From Euglena gracilis (lineage: Eukaryota): a stretch of DNA of 64,000 nucleotides. Below the pieces are notes generated by a model. The model was not told the DNA's origin, searched no databases, and worked only from the letters and a program-made list of their open reading frames with translations. A program made the position numbers and the translations under genes. The stretch spans positions 16,076,140 to 16,140,139 of the forward strand of contig CP154954.1 of assembly GCA_039621445.1 (NCBI GenBank), given 5' to 3'. This document shows positions 50,013 to 62,248 of the stretch, piece by piece (within the stretch, counting starts at the first letter, position 1; the number at the start of each line of letters is the position of its first letter).

Positions 50013-50510
50013 TGGGCCGGAGGTGCAGATGGAATACCCCCAGTGCACAATGTTCACCCTAACATTGAGGGGGGGGGAAAATGTGAAAAGTTGTGTTGTA
50101 AAAAATGGGGGAAGGAGGGGGGTGTTGGATTTTAAAAAAGGGTGGGGGGTTGCGGGGGGGGGGGGGTTGGGGGGTATTTTTTGGGGGGTTTTGAAATTTT
50201 TGGGGGTTGGGTTTGGGTTGGGCGAAAAAAATGGGAATTTTTAAAAGGAATGAGGGGGGTTTTGAAGTTGGGGGGGGTGGTTTTGGGGGGGGGGGTTGGG
50301 TGGGGGGGGGGGGGGTGGGGGGAGGGGGGGGGGTTTAAGTTTTGAATGAAGGGGGGGTTTGAGGCGGGGGGTGAAATTCATGTGCCGTTTCTGTTGTGTA
50401 TATTTTTTGTTCATTTTCCTCCAGTCCATATTTTGGCTGGTCTAGAGGTGGCCGCTGCACCTCGGATAGGCATGTGGGTTGGGCAGGCCACCGGCATGTG
50501 CACTGGGATG

Positions 50511-50668
50511 TAGATGGGGTCCATGATGGACGATGCGGTCCATGGGGACTGGGGCAGGCACGTGGACTGGCACGGGGACTTGAAGGTACTAGATGGGGTC
50601 CATGATGGACGATGCGGTCCATGGGGACTGGGGCAGGCACGTGGACTGGCACGGGGACTTGAAGGTAC
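50511..50668. repeat. Perfect 79-bp tandem duplication
   Basis: tagatggggtccatgatggacg...ttgaaggtac starts at 50511 and 50590. Confidence 0.95.
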
Positions 50669-50900
50669 CAAGTCGGACCTGCACCTCCAGCCTCAGTGGC
50701 ACGGTGGTACCCTGGGGGCATGCCATGGAGCCGAGGCATGCCGCCAACGCAGGCAGCACCCCTCCTAAACCCACACGCTGCTTCCCGCGGTGTGTGAGGA
50801 TGTAGGAGGGTGGGTGGGCTGACCGCCTGGGACCCTAAGCACCTTCAGTGCCGTCCGGGCACCCCCCGGGGGGCCGGTCAGGCAGGTGAAGCCCATGCGG

Positions 50901-51565
50901 CAGGGGGGGGGGGGAATTGCACCGTGCAATTTTTTGCAATTTTGTGCAATTAATTGCACATGGCCCAGGACATTTGTTTTGGAAAATGTCAGTTTTTGAT
51001 GCAATTGAGAATTTAACCTTTTTTTGCTGGAGGTATTGCAAAAACTGGCTCCTACACTGGACATTTACCCTACCCCCCCCACCCCCCCACCCACCCCCCA
51101 CCCCCCACATTTGACCAGTGTAGGAGCCAGTTTTTGCAATGTATGGGTAGCAGGGGTAGTTTTTGCTGGGAAATTGATGTATGTAGTGAAAATTTCCGTT
51201 CAAAGGCTGTTTATTATTGGTTTACTCAGGTTTCAAACCCAATCGGCCAATTGGCAAAGGAGCAACAGGCGTTCTACAACAGGTTCGTATTTTGTTCCTT
51301 GGTAACTTCTAAGTATGAATTGTTGTGTCTTCCGCTGGATGATGAACAAATTCAGGATGAATGGCGTAAGTATTGCCATCGCATATTGCCACGGCTGATT
51401 GTGTTGCAACTTTTTGGGCGAACCGACCGGGTAAATTGGCAGAATATGCAGCTTTTCTGGTTTCTGGTATGGCTTTTCTGGTATGTGCAATTTTGTGCAA
51501 TTTTGTGCAATTTTTTTTGCGCTGCAATTTTCGACCTCCCGATGTGCAATTTCTCCCCCCCTCTG
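50901..51565. mobile_element. CAGGGG-terminus element with 7-bp TSD
   Basis: TIR caggg(g)n-aattgcac / gtgcaatttctccccccctctg. TSD catgcgg at 50894-50900 and 51566-51572; tgcaattt subterminal repeats. Confidence 0.88.
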
Positions 51566-52879
51566 CATGCGGCCCGGCGGGTGCCTGCAGCTGAGCAGCT
51601 CCGGCCGGCGGTCTGGGGTCTCGAGGGGCACTGGGGGCCGCTGACAGGGAGCTGCAGCGGAGGAGGGCTGCCCAAGGGGCCACGACAAGCCGCACTCGGT
51701 TGCCCGGGTGCCCAGGCGGCCACGAACAACCCGGCCCCAGCGAGCCCCCAGTGCCCTGCAGAGACCACCGACCCCCGGCCAGGGCTGCACAGTCCCGGAC
51801 ACCCCACGGCGGCAGGGTGGATCCTACCCACCTAAAGTCGCCCAAGCAAGGTGGACGAGTGTCCTGGAACATGGCCCCGGAAGGGCCTGCCAGACACCCA
51901 CACGCCCTCGGGCGTGTGGTCACTTGGGCGCCCCTGCTACCTATGCAGGGAGGGCAGTAGAGTCGAGTCCGAAAGGATGCTGCCCGCGTGTGAGGCCAAT
52001 TGGTCCCGGGAGGGTGACGCCGCAATGTCACTTGACCGGGGGTTGCCAGGCCACAGACGACACGGAGAGAGCGAGGCTCTCTCACCCACCGATCTCCCCC
52101 CCCCTCCCCGGCACGGGGACTTGCACTGGCACCGGCACTGGCACTGGCATGGGCGTGGGCAATTGCACCGGAACGGGCATGGGTCCACCAACACTGGCCT
52201 TTCCAACACACATCGGTGGGCCCCACTGACTGGCGCTGGCGGTAGCTGCGAGCATTGCCCTACCTCTGAGGCACCCTCCGGGATGGTGCCTGCGCGGAGG
52301 GCTGGTCAAGGCCTCGGCACCTTCGAGGGCCGGCCACGGCCTCCAGGGCATCCTTCTGTATCCCACCGTGCATGAGGGGGGCGGGTGACGGCCTCAACGG
52401 CAACACTTGGGACGGCACCTTGCCCCCGGGGCCCCCTCTTGGATCACACCGCGGTTGACGGAGGAGGTCCACCCCTAAGAGCCGCACGGTACACCACCGG
52501 CACCGGGGGCCGATGGCGCGCCATTGCCGGGGCGGTCCTGTTTCGGTTCGGAGGGTTTGCAGCCATTTCCCAACCCTACGGCCAAGGCATCCAGCTGACC
52601 ACAGCAGAGGACTCCTGTGAGGCCTCGAGCAGCCCTCCTCGCGGAGCCGGTGCCAATCCGGAGGGTGCCGAGGGGCGACGCGTCCAGCCCTTCCACGGCC
52701 TTGACGATGGGGGCTCCCAGAGGCAGTGTGGCCGCCAGGGTGTCCAGGCACAAGCTGCGATCGCGCACTTGACTGCCTGGAGGTGGAACTGGGGGGACTT
52801 GCGGGGGCAGGGGTTGCGGTCGGTGTGGGACCAAAGGTCTGCCAGAACAATGGGTTGTTGGCTTGCCTGATGTGTGGGG

Positions 52880-53690
52880 CTGGGTACCTGGGTTTTGGGG
52901 GGCAGTGGAGCGCAGGTATTGGAGCTCCTTGGTGCGGACACCGGAGGCCTGCCACCGGCGTTGCAGGAAGCAGCTCCAGACCGAACAATCGAGTTTCTCA
53001 GGGTACCCCTGCCACAAGGCATGGTGGGCGACGTTGGCTACGCTCTCTTTGAAGTCCCGCATATGGGAGAATGCTTCCTAGCCTGCGATGGAGCGCCCTA
53101 TCAGCACCCCACCAAGCTGCGGGCGGGGTCGGTGGTGTCTCACTCGGGGTATGGAAGGGGACTCCTCCTCGCGGTCGAAGAGCGTGGTACGTAGGCGGTC
53201 GTCGATGATGCGGCAGCGGACACCGAGGGAGAAAACTTCAGCAGGGTCTGTGAGGTCTGGTTGAGGGTCATGCCAAACGACTCTTGTGGTGGCGGAGCCG
53301 TGCTGGCTCTGACGAAGAAGTAATCGATGTAGCAGCAGATGATGCTTTGTTTGTTGATGGTTAGGACGTGGTTGCGCTCGACGATGATTGGCAAGCAATG
53401 GGGCATGGCCCTGGATCTGCCGTCCCACCTGCCCGCCGTTGATTGTGTATGCAGTCGCCAGGCTGAAGCGAATCATGGCCTCCACTTCCTTGTAGCTCCA
53501 ACCCGTGCTGAACACCCAGCCGCCTTCCATCGTGTTTGACATCTCGGAACCGGCAGCGGGAGGCCTCTTTCTGCTTTGTTTTTTGCAGGCCTCACAATTG
53601 TGTTTTGGCTGAAGGTGGTGTACATGGTGGAAGACTCGAAGGTGGCTATGCCTTTGGCCACCTTTGGTGGAAAAATCGAAGATGGCCACC
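52880..53690 (-). pseudogene. Penelope-like retroelement reverse transcriptase, decayed
   Basis: RT motifs in order across frameshifts: FDFST / STMYTTFSQ (A), GRQIQG...APLLAN (B), YIDYFF (C), LGVRCRI...TTLFDREE, then thumb GVLIGR...FKESVANVAHHALWQGYP...WSCFLQRRW. Confidence 0.8.
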
Positions 53691-53920
53691 ACCATCACCA
53701 CCACGACCAACCACCGCCGCTGCCACCGCCACCACCACCTACCCACCCATCCACCCACCTACCCACCCATCCACCCACCTACCCACCCATCCACCCACCC
53801 ACCCATCCAACGACCCACCCACCCACCCACCCACCCACCCACCCACCCACACAACGACCCACCCACCCACTCACCTACCCACCACCACCACCTCCACCAC
53901 CCACCCACCCAACCACCACC
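53690..53920. repeat. (CCA)n/(CCCA)n simple repeat truncating the RT 5' end
   Basis: Read directly from the sequence. Confidence 0.95.
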
Positions 53921-54324
53921 AAGTGTACCTGCAGTGTGCGTCGAGAGGTGCCATGCAAGCGTCAGTCGACACGGAAAATCGCAAAATGTATCGTTTTGTG
54001 ACAGTTTTATGCAATGGACATGGAGTTTTTGGTCCAAAAAGGCAAAAAGGGCAAACAGCTGAATTTTTGCCGAAAAATGGTAAACAAAAATGTAAATTGG
54101 TCACAAGGAAGGTGCGTTTTGTGCAAAAGTACATCAATGTTGTGACCTTTGGCTCAAAGCACTGGTAGGAACAAATCCACGTTTTTGGATTGTGGTCCTG
54201 GGGCCCCGCCCGTTAACACCACCTCCACCTGACCTGGAAAAATGGTGCACAGGGTGCGATTTGGGTGCTGTGCCCAGCGTGTCGGCTTCCGCAGAAACCC
54301 CAGATGTACGCCTGCTCTCTTCTG

Positions 54325-54415
54325 ACAGGGTTCTCCGGCTAGTCTTTGCCCCGGCCCCCCTCCCAAATATGGCCGCCCCGTTCAGCCTCTTGCAGCAGCT
54401 CCCCGGCAAGTCCGA
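54325..54415 (+). repeat. Dispersed repeat shared with the filler inside the Tc1 element (7326-7424)
   Basis: gacagggttctccggctag...atggccgc.ccgttcagcctc.tgcagcagctccccgg.aagtccga occurs at both sites. Confidence 0.85.
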
Positions 54416-54513
54416 CCTGTGGCTGCAGCTGCGCGGCTCCGAAGCAGCCCGGACTGCGCCCAGACCACATCACACGGTAGACCCTGAAGATCGTTGCCTG
54501 CCACCTCAACTGC

Positions 54514-54549
<36 letters not shown>

Positions 54550-57168
54550 TGTGCACGCACGTGTGCGCACGTGTGTGTGTGTGCGCGCGCGCATGTGAAG
54601 TTGCCTTCATCCCCTGGCCTCATATCCAATCTTGACCAGGCACATGGGGGGAAGAAACCCGGTTTTGTGATATTGACTGGAGAGGCACGGGAACTTTTGC
54701 TGGACCCTGGTGTGTCCAGCCAGCCAGCCAGCCAGCGTCTTTTCCCAGCCTCGGACCCCCTCCTGTCCAGCCCCTGAAGGGCGGCTGCAGTGTAGTGTAT
54801 TTTTTCTTCAAAGACAAAGTGCATGGGTCAAAACGGGGCAAACGGGGGAAAATTGGTAAAAATCGGATACGTCGGATATGTCCTGCCTAGCTCAAAAATT
54901 GGTCAAAATCGATTTTCTTATACACGATTTGCAGATGGCTTTTTTCCCTTCAGTTTCGACATTCTTCTAATGCCTGGCTCAACCCCACATCAAGCCAATT
55001 CCATCCGGGAGACTCTACGGCAGAGGGGTTGGTAGCAACATTTCGCTGACCGATATTGTGGCCTGCCCCCGCTCTCCGTCTTGCAGGCTCATCATACTCT
55101 CGTCGTGGCAGGAGGCATTGCTGGCTGACAAATTTGCAAGGGTGGGCGGACCCACGAGCGCCAGCGGGAATGCTTTTGAATCGGTCACACCAGCGAAAGA
55201 TAAAACTGGCAGTAGTTGCCACGTTCTCGCATGCATTGACGACGTCAATTCCCACTCTTTGCAGCCACACGGGTGTGCCATACGATGCAAAAAAGTTTGT
55301 CGATGCTTTTGTGAAAGCGGCCGAAACCGATGAGGTATTTGGGCAATGGGAGGGTGCGTGCCGTCCACAGCCCCCATTTTTTTTGGCTGTGGGGTGGCAG
55401 CAGAGGAGATTCACCCTACCTGAGATGGAGGGCAGGTTGCTTTCAATTCAGCGGGCTTTCCAGCCACCAAATTTAATTTTTCAGACCAGCGTGCGCAGGC
55501 AAGAGTGGTTGTATGGTCATGGTCATAACACTCTGTCCATCCTCTTACGGATCCAGGGGTTTACCGGACGCCCACCCTGTTGTAGGTAAAGCCCTGCTTT
55601 CAGGCATTATTTTTTAAGTCAAATATTTTGAAACATTTCCAAGGTTTTAAAGTCGGCATTTTGCAGGTTTGTTTTAGTATTTTTTTCTTCGGATTTTCTT
55701 TCTTTGGGGTTTTCGGTGTTTTAGGATTCTTTAGATTCCCAGGATATTTTTTAGGGTCCGCCTGGGCATCAAATGGGGTCCAAAATTAACAAAAAAGTTG
55801 AAACCCATTTTCCCCAGTTAGAGTAGTGCCATAAATCATTTTTTCCCGGAGTTGGTTTGCTTTTTTGTCGAGTTTTGCAACATCGTTTTTGCTCGTCAGG
55901 AACAAGCTTTGCCAGAATGATTTTTAAGAGTTTTTTTTTTGGAGTTTTAAGGGTTTTTTCAACATTTTGGCGGTTTCTGGTTTTTTAAGGTTTTTTTTTA
56001 GTTGCCCTGAAATAATTACTGCCTGCTTTGACTACAGACAGCTCATGGTCGGCAGGGAGTTGGATGCTGTCTCATGGCCAGCGTGGTGCCCAGCACTGCT
56101 CCCAAGTCCCGACCCGTCCAAACCTGGGGGCCCTCTGCCCCCTCGTCGTTCCCCCAAGTCCCCCTACTGCTCCCAGTCATCTCCTCCAGCCTGCGAGGCC
56201 GGTTTCCCGTGTGATTTTTTCTAAGTTTTGCCTTACATTTGCAGACGTGGATAATTGAACATTGGACAGAGATTCTACTGTGGAACGTTTCAACGTTGCT
56301 GTGCCGGGGGGGACAGTAGCTGCGTTACACTGCAGGCCCGCGCCTTTGGAGGACAGGGCTGCCAGCTCCCTGCCCGCCCCCGCACCCCTGGCCCCCGGGG
56401 TGCTGGACTGCTGCCCCCCGCACTGCGGGCTGCGGCTCGCCGGGGCTCCCCGGGGTGACTGGCGGCGGGCCCGTCGGCGCCGCTCACCCGCCCGTCCCCG
56501 CACCGTGCTGCCGGGTGTGGGGACGTGCAGGGATGCTTATGGCTGCCCTCCCCCTCCTGACTGCTTTTTTTTGGTTTGGGAAAACCGATAACCCTTTTGG
56601 CAGGGCGTCTGGTTTCTGGCGTCTGCGTTTCTCTCGACGTTGCTTTGTGTGGTTTTGTTTTGGGGGGGAGTTTGCATTTTTGCCCCAAAACCTGACTTGT
56701 CCAGCGTACCTCCCGAGTGAGTGCTTGCCACCAAGCACCTATGAAATGACCGGGCGTGAGCGGGCATGACTGGGTCTGGGATTCTGGATGACTGTGGGTG
56801 CTTGCCTGCCACTCATTCAAGCTAAGCAACAGCATGGGTGGGACTGTCTCGCCGGCAGAGCATGGCATTGTCATCGCTGCGGCTGACGTGCCACTCTCCC
56901 ACACACTCCTGCGGCCCGAGGTACATGGCGGCCAGGCAGATCCTCTGACAGACAGGCAACTGATGCCGCGGTGAGGGTCTGCCTGCCTCTGATCCCCCTC
57001 TGATGGGTCCCAGCCTGCCTCCCCCCATGTCGCCCAGGAAGGTGGCAGCCCACCACCACATGGTGCACAATCCGTATTCCTTTGAAGGTCCTTTGGCAAT
57101 GTTCAGTTTGCAGTGCAGCGGTGTGTGTGTCTGTGGGTGTTCACTTTTCGTCTAACTCCCGGAGTACA

Positions 57169-57384
57169 AACCCCCCTCCCAAATAACCTGGCGGGGGCCC
57201 TTGCTCCTGTCAGTGGCCGAATAGCTTGGCGGGGGGGGGGCAGACAAAAAGTTGGTTCCAGTAATTTGGAACCCCTTTTTAAGGCAAAATTCCTTTTCGA
57301 TGCTGAAAAAAGGGCCCAAATAACCTGGCAGGGGGGCAGAGCCAAAAGCTGGTTCCAACACCCCGCCAGGCTATTTTGGGGGTT
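57169..57384. mobile_element. AACCCC-terminus TA-type MITE, degenerate
   Basis: aacccccctcccaaataacctggcgggg / ccccgccaggctattttgggggtt, flanked by CA and TA. Confidence 0.6.
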
Positions 57385-59294
57385 TAAACGAGGCGGGTAA
57401 AAAAGGAAAGCGCGCATTTCGTGATCTACCATTTCAATCATTGTTCTGTTGATTTTATCGGATTTTCCATGAAGATCTCCTAGAATTGCATACTTCTGCC
57501 CCCCCCCCATATTTCAAAGACGCTCCCCTTTTTTGTTTGTTCTCCAAATTTTAGGGCCAATAGTTCTTCCTCGTTTCCGAACCTGACCCCTGGCCCCAGG
57601 ACCCTTGCGATGGCCCTCAATTTGTGGTCCAAGCGACCTCATGATCGACTCTAAAGACCGACAACCTGTGTACGGACTTTCCCGTCCCCTCGCTACCTCT
57701 TTTGTACACCTGCGAACTTGGACAGCCACCACCTTGTGTCCCGTGGTAGCTTCTGCGGAGCTGATTGGAGTTATTGTCCTTCCGTTTCAGATGGACTTTT
57801 CAGCCCCTCTCCGTGGACATGAGTTCTCCACTGTTTGGGGTCAGTTTAGATGCCAATTCGCATTTTCGTTGTTTTAACCAAAAAATGTCAGCTTTGGCTG
57901 CTTTGGGGAGTGTTTTGGGGGGTGTGGGGGGTGATTTTTTTTTAATGGTGGTATGGAAAATTTTGATGGTGGAATAGAAATATTTGATGGTGGAGTGATA
58001 TTTTTTTATTGTGGCATTTGTTTTGCCCCCCTTTTGTTTTCAGGGGCCTCTGTTCTCAATGTTGATTCGATAATTGGTTTGCCCCTAGCCTTCATTGGTG
58101 CTGGCCAAGCGGTAGGGATAATATGAATGAGCTAAACGCCCTAACGCCCTAAGGGTTCAGTGGGCACACAATGAGTGGATAGTGACCTACACCGACCTAT
58201 CGCGACATTTGGGAATTAGAATTGGACTCTGCTGCTTCTTCATCTGGTGACCCCGTTGTTTTTGGGGGGTCGAGCTTTGCATTTTCTGCTGAAAATTGGC
58301 AGGGGGTTTGGGGTGGGGTCGCAGGATGGTTGCTGCCGCCGAGTCCACGCCACACGCATGCTGTGCTTGTGGTGAAGAGGCAGCGTCCCACTGCGTGCAA
58401 CCCAGTCTCGGGTGTGATGAGGGCTTTGGGGATCTACCCACCCCATAACAACCTCATCAATAATTCCCCCCACCTCTGGTAAAGAAACAGAGGGCATCTG
58501 AGGAAGTTCACAAAACCTTCAAAATACCAAGGGACTGAAGTTTTTTTTTATATAATTTCTATTCAATGCGATTCGATTTTGACGAACTTTGTTAAAAGTA
58601 CCATTCATCGGCTTTATTTGGGTGTTTGGGGCAACAATTCGAGAAATATCCCACCCTACAATCCCCCTTCAATCCAACAAAATCCTACTAATTCGTGGGT
58701 TTGTAAGGGCAGGGATGAACCAACTGGCAGCATTCTCTTCCCCCTTGGATCGCAAATTGGGTCACGGATTCTTTGATTTACAGGACTTTTTTGGCCCCAT
58801 TCGCCCAATCCGGAACCCAGGACTGAGAAAGGGGGGCAGCATCCCTTCCAGCCCAAATTTGCGACGCTCTGGCCAAGACCCCTGCCAGTGGGGTTGTTGT
58901 GCGACTCCCGGAGAACAGACAAGCAGAGAGACAGACCTACAGACAGGCAGCAAGGAGGGATGTGCTGTGCATTTTAACTTTTTTTTTGTATTTTGTGCAA
59001 AAAATCACAAACGTGCATTCCAGTGTTTTTTGAGTAATTTTCACATTTTTTGACCTTTTTTTAATTTTTCTTTCACAGTTGACATTTCATCTTTTGCATT
59101 CGCTTGCAATTATTCTGATCGCTTGCAATTTTCTCTCGCTTGTTCAATTTTTTTCTGGGGTTAATTTTTTGCACGATTTTTAAAAATTTCTTTCGAAGCA
59201 TACTGCAGTTTTTTTCAATGTTTTTGAGCCTGTTGAATGGTCCTAGTGAATTTCTGACCTTCATACATACAGCTGCAGCCCGACCAACCTGTAA

Positions 59295-59611
<317 letters not shown>

Positions 59612-59863
59612 AGTTAACATGCAGAGAAAGGTATTTGTTCAAACATTTAAGCTCAGCACACCACACGGCATGTGGAACACGAGCCACGCAGGCCAACCTG
59701 GACCTGGATGTGCCACCTTGTGTTTATCGGTGTGTGCTGATGGCTTCCGGGGGCAGGGTCTAGTGAACCAGGGATGAGCCTGGGAAGGAACTCCTTGCGG
59801 CCACAGAGACACAGCCCTCCCAAGGTCAAAACAATATAGGCGTCACTGAGTGTCAAGGCCGAA

Positions 59864-62248
59864 GAATGCGCACCTGCGTATTTTTTGGAAACCCAAAAGA
59901 ATGCGCAGGTGTGCATTTTTTTTTGGAATGGACACAGGCTGCGGGAAGGGGGAATGCGCACATGTGAATTGATGTTGAAGGACACATTGGCCTGTTGTTT
60001 GCCTGCCTTGAATCCGAGCTGTGCACCGCTATGATGTGGTTTCGGGCTTGCAGAACAAGGGCATGTGAGGGGGAGATGAAAAAAAGAATCACCCCTTGGC
60101 AACAACGTCGCTGTACCACACCACACCCTGAAACACGACACTTGCAGCGGTGTGGAAAACCTGGGCTTGGCAACGGCAGGAGTCAAAGCACGAAATCATG
60201 TCCTTCAGTGACAGGGGAACTGCCCCCCTGCAGCTCAATTCATATAACAAATCAGAATGCGCACCTGCGCATTCCACTTCACCCGCTGCAGCCCACTGCC
60301 CAGCCCAGCGTATGCTGCTCTCATGAATGTGTGGAGCACGTCACAACGCACGTGCAACCGTCCCCACACGGCGGAGGCGATGGGCCGGTTGCTGCCGGCG
60401 TTGTCTGACCCCACGCCCCAGAGCGTGCATGGCAGCCAATGGTCGCCCTGAACAACCTTATGTTGGCTGCAGTGCACGGTGCCAGGAGCACTGTGCCCCA
60501 CAAGTAGGGTCAACGCAGGGGACTGTGTCTGGTTCCACACATACAGCACTCACTGGGTTGACACCTCGAGAGCGAAACACGCCCATCGCCACCTTCGGTA
60601 TCTCCCAAAAACGGTCTGTAAACACGGACTTATTTCACAATCCAAATGGACTCAAAGAAGCGAACAACAACAAGCAAAATTTCTCAGTGACGGGCACCCT
60701 GATTCCCAACTGCGGTCAGCAGTCTTTCATGGCATGAGTAAAAAGCTGGTGAATGCGCACATGCGGAAAAAGCGTCCTGTTCCTTTCTTCAAATGACAGC
60801 CACACTGCTGAATTTTGTACTCCCAGGTGGGCATGCCACCACCCACGCCAACTCCCCCCGCCGGTTCTGCAGTTTGAAGCCACGGGGCTGATGTGTAGAC
60901 CTCCCTGCGCGGATCCAATGGTGTACGAGGACAAGGCAGCCCTGGAGCAAAACTCGGCAAAGGAGGACCACCACCTGTGGCCTTGTTGGCAACAAACGTC
61001 ACCCACCACACAGCACCCTTATTTATCATGTGCTCAGAGTGGACGCTCCAGCACTGAAAACAACACCACTGTTGGCCGCTGTGAAGACCAAGAAATCACA
61101 TATATACACACACTGGTACTCGCACTGGGTTCGGGAGTGCGAGGCACAGCTCCCCACAACACAGAGAATGCGCACATGAGCACTCCCTCTCAAGAAATGC
61201 GCAGGTGCGCACTCTTGTGGATGCCCAGCGGTGCTCCCCTCCTGCTCTCCTGCAGATAGAACCACACCCAGCCAACGAAGGAATGGCCCCAAGAGTGCGC
61301 ACGTGCACATTCTTGCGCCTCATGCAACCTCGAGACCTGTTTGTGAGGGTTGTTCTGGAGGTGCAGTCTGTGGCAAAAAGGGTTGAAGTGGGGCTCCGCT
61401 CAGGAGATTTAGGAACCAGTGACGCACAGCAAAGGAGTGCCAGCCAGCCCCCCCCCCCATACCCAGCACCCCATCCCAACCGTCAGACCTAAACTCAGGT
61501 GGCCCCACATGGTGATGTGCCATGGTGCCTATGAGAAGGCGCATGCAGAGCAAACACCGTGCATGGCTGGATGGATGCTATGCCCGCATGTGTTTTGGAG
61601 GGGTGCAGTGCACCGTGTGGAATGCAAACCCCCTGAGGCAGGGCACCGAGCCCTCCTTTACAAACACCTGGCATGGGTTTAAATACACCGTCACCCACCA
61701 CTCTCTGAAAGCATGCTAACCACACACTAACCACACACCAGCACCCTCTCGTGTCCTGCTTCCAACACAGGGCACAGAACCTCCCCTCCACTCTAACCAT
61801 GAAGACCACGGTACCTCCTTCCCCTAACCACCCCTGGGAGCCACAATAACCGTCCAAAATTTCAGGAAAAGGCCGGGGAGGGGGGTGAATGCGCACCTGC
61901 TCATTCACTGGGGACCACAAAACAGGGGGGACAGCGGCAGGTACAACGTCTTCACCTGACCAGGGTTCGTCCTCGTGAAACAGCGTTTTGTGTCGCACCT
62001 ACTTCGGCAGACGGGAGGTTTCCCCCAGTCGGCGGAGGTGCTAAATCATCAATTTCAAAACGAAAAAAGTTGGTTTACCCAGTAAAAAAACACGGGGGTC
62101 GAAAGTAATGGTACACATTTTGGTACAAGGGGCTTCAGCTGACGGGTGCGCCGCCCCGTCAAGTGATGGCAACACAACTGGACACAAAAGAATGCGCAGG
62201 TGCGCAAAAAACCACCAAAAATGAAAAGTGCATTCCCAGCCGTCTAAG
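59864..62248. mobile_element. TIR element C (right end only), related to A and B
   Basis: Right terminus aagtgcattcccagccgtctaag resembles the A/B ends and coincides with the inverted-duplication breakpoint. Ten AATGCGCA-N2-TGCGCATT-like palindromes lie inside. Left TIR not found. Confidence 0.65.

Noticed and set aside
50070-50370. G/T/A homopolymer-rich block (also the C-rich block at 19010-19165)
   Set aside because: It looks like low-quality or degenerate homopolymer sequence; no function can be supported.
52874-53194. Plus-strand ORF GAQVLELLGADTGG...
   Set aside because: It is the antisense shadow of the minus-strand RT.
54970-55530. Exon-like frames (GVPYDAKKFVDAFVKAAETDE)
   Set aside because: Interrupted by stops and frameshifts, with no recognisable domain; cannot be supported as a gene.
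58095-58170. A-box-like tggccaagcgg and B-box-like gggttca
   Set aside because: No cloverleaf and no second copy; too weak to call.
59864-62210. CRISPR array from recurring 20-bp palindromes
   Set aside because: Spacing is irregular (about 30-600 bp), the repeats are degenerate and the context is eukaryotic.
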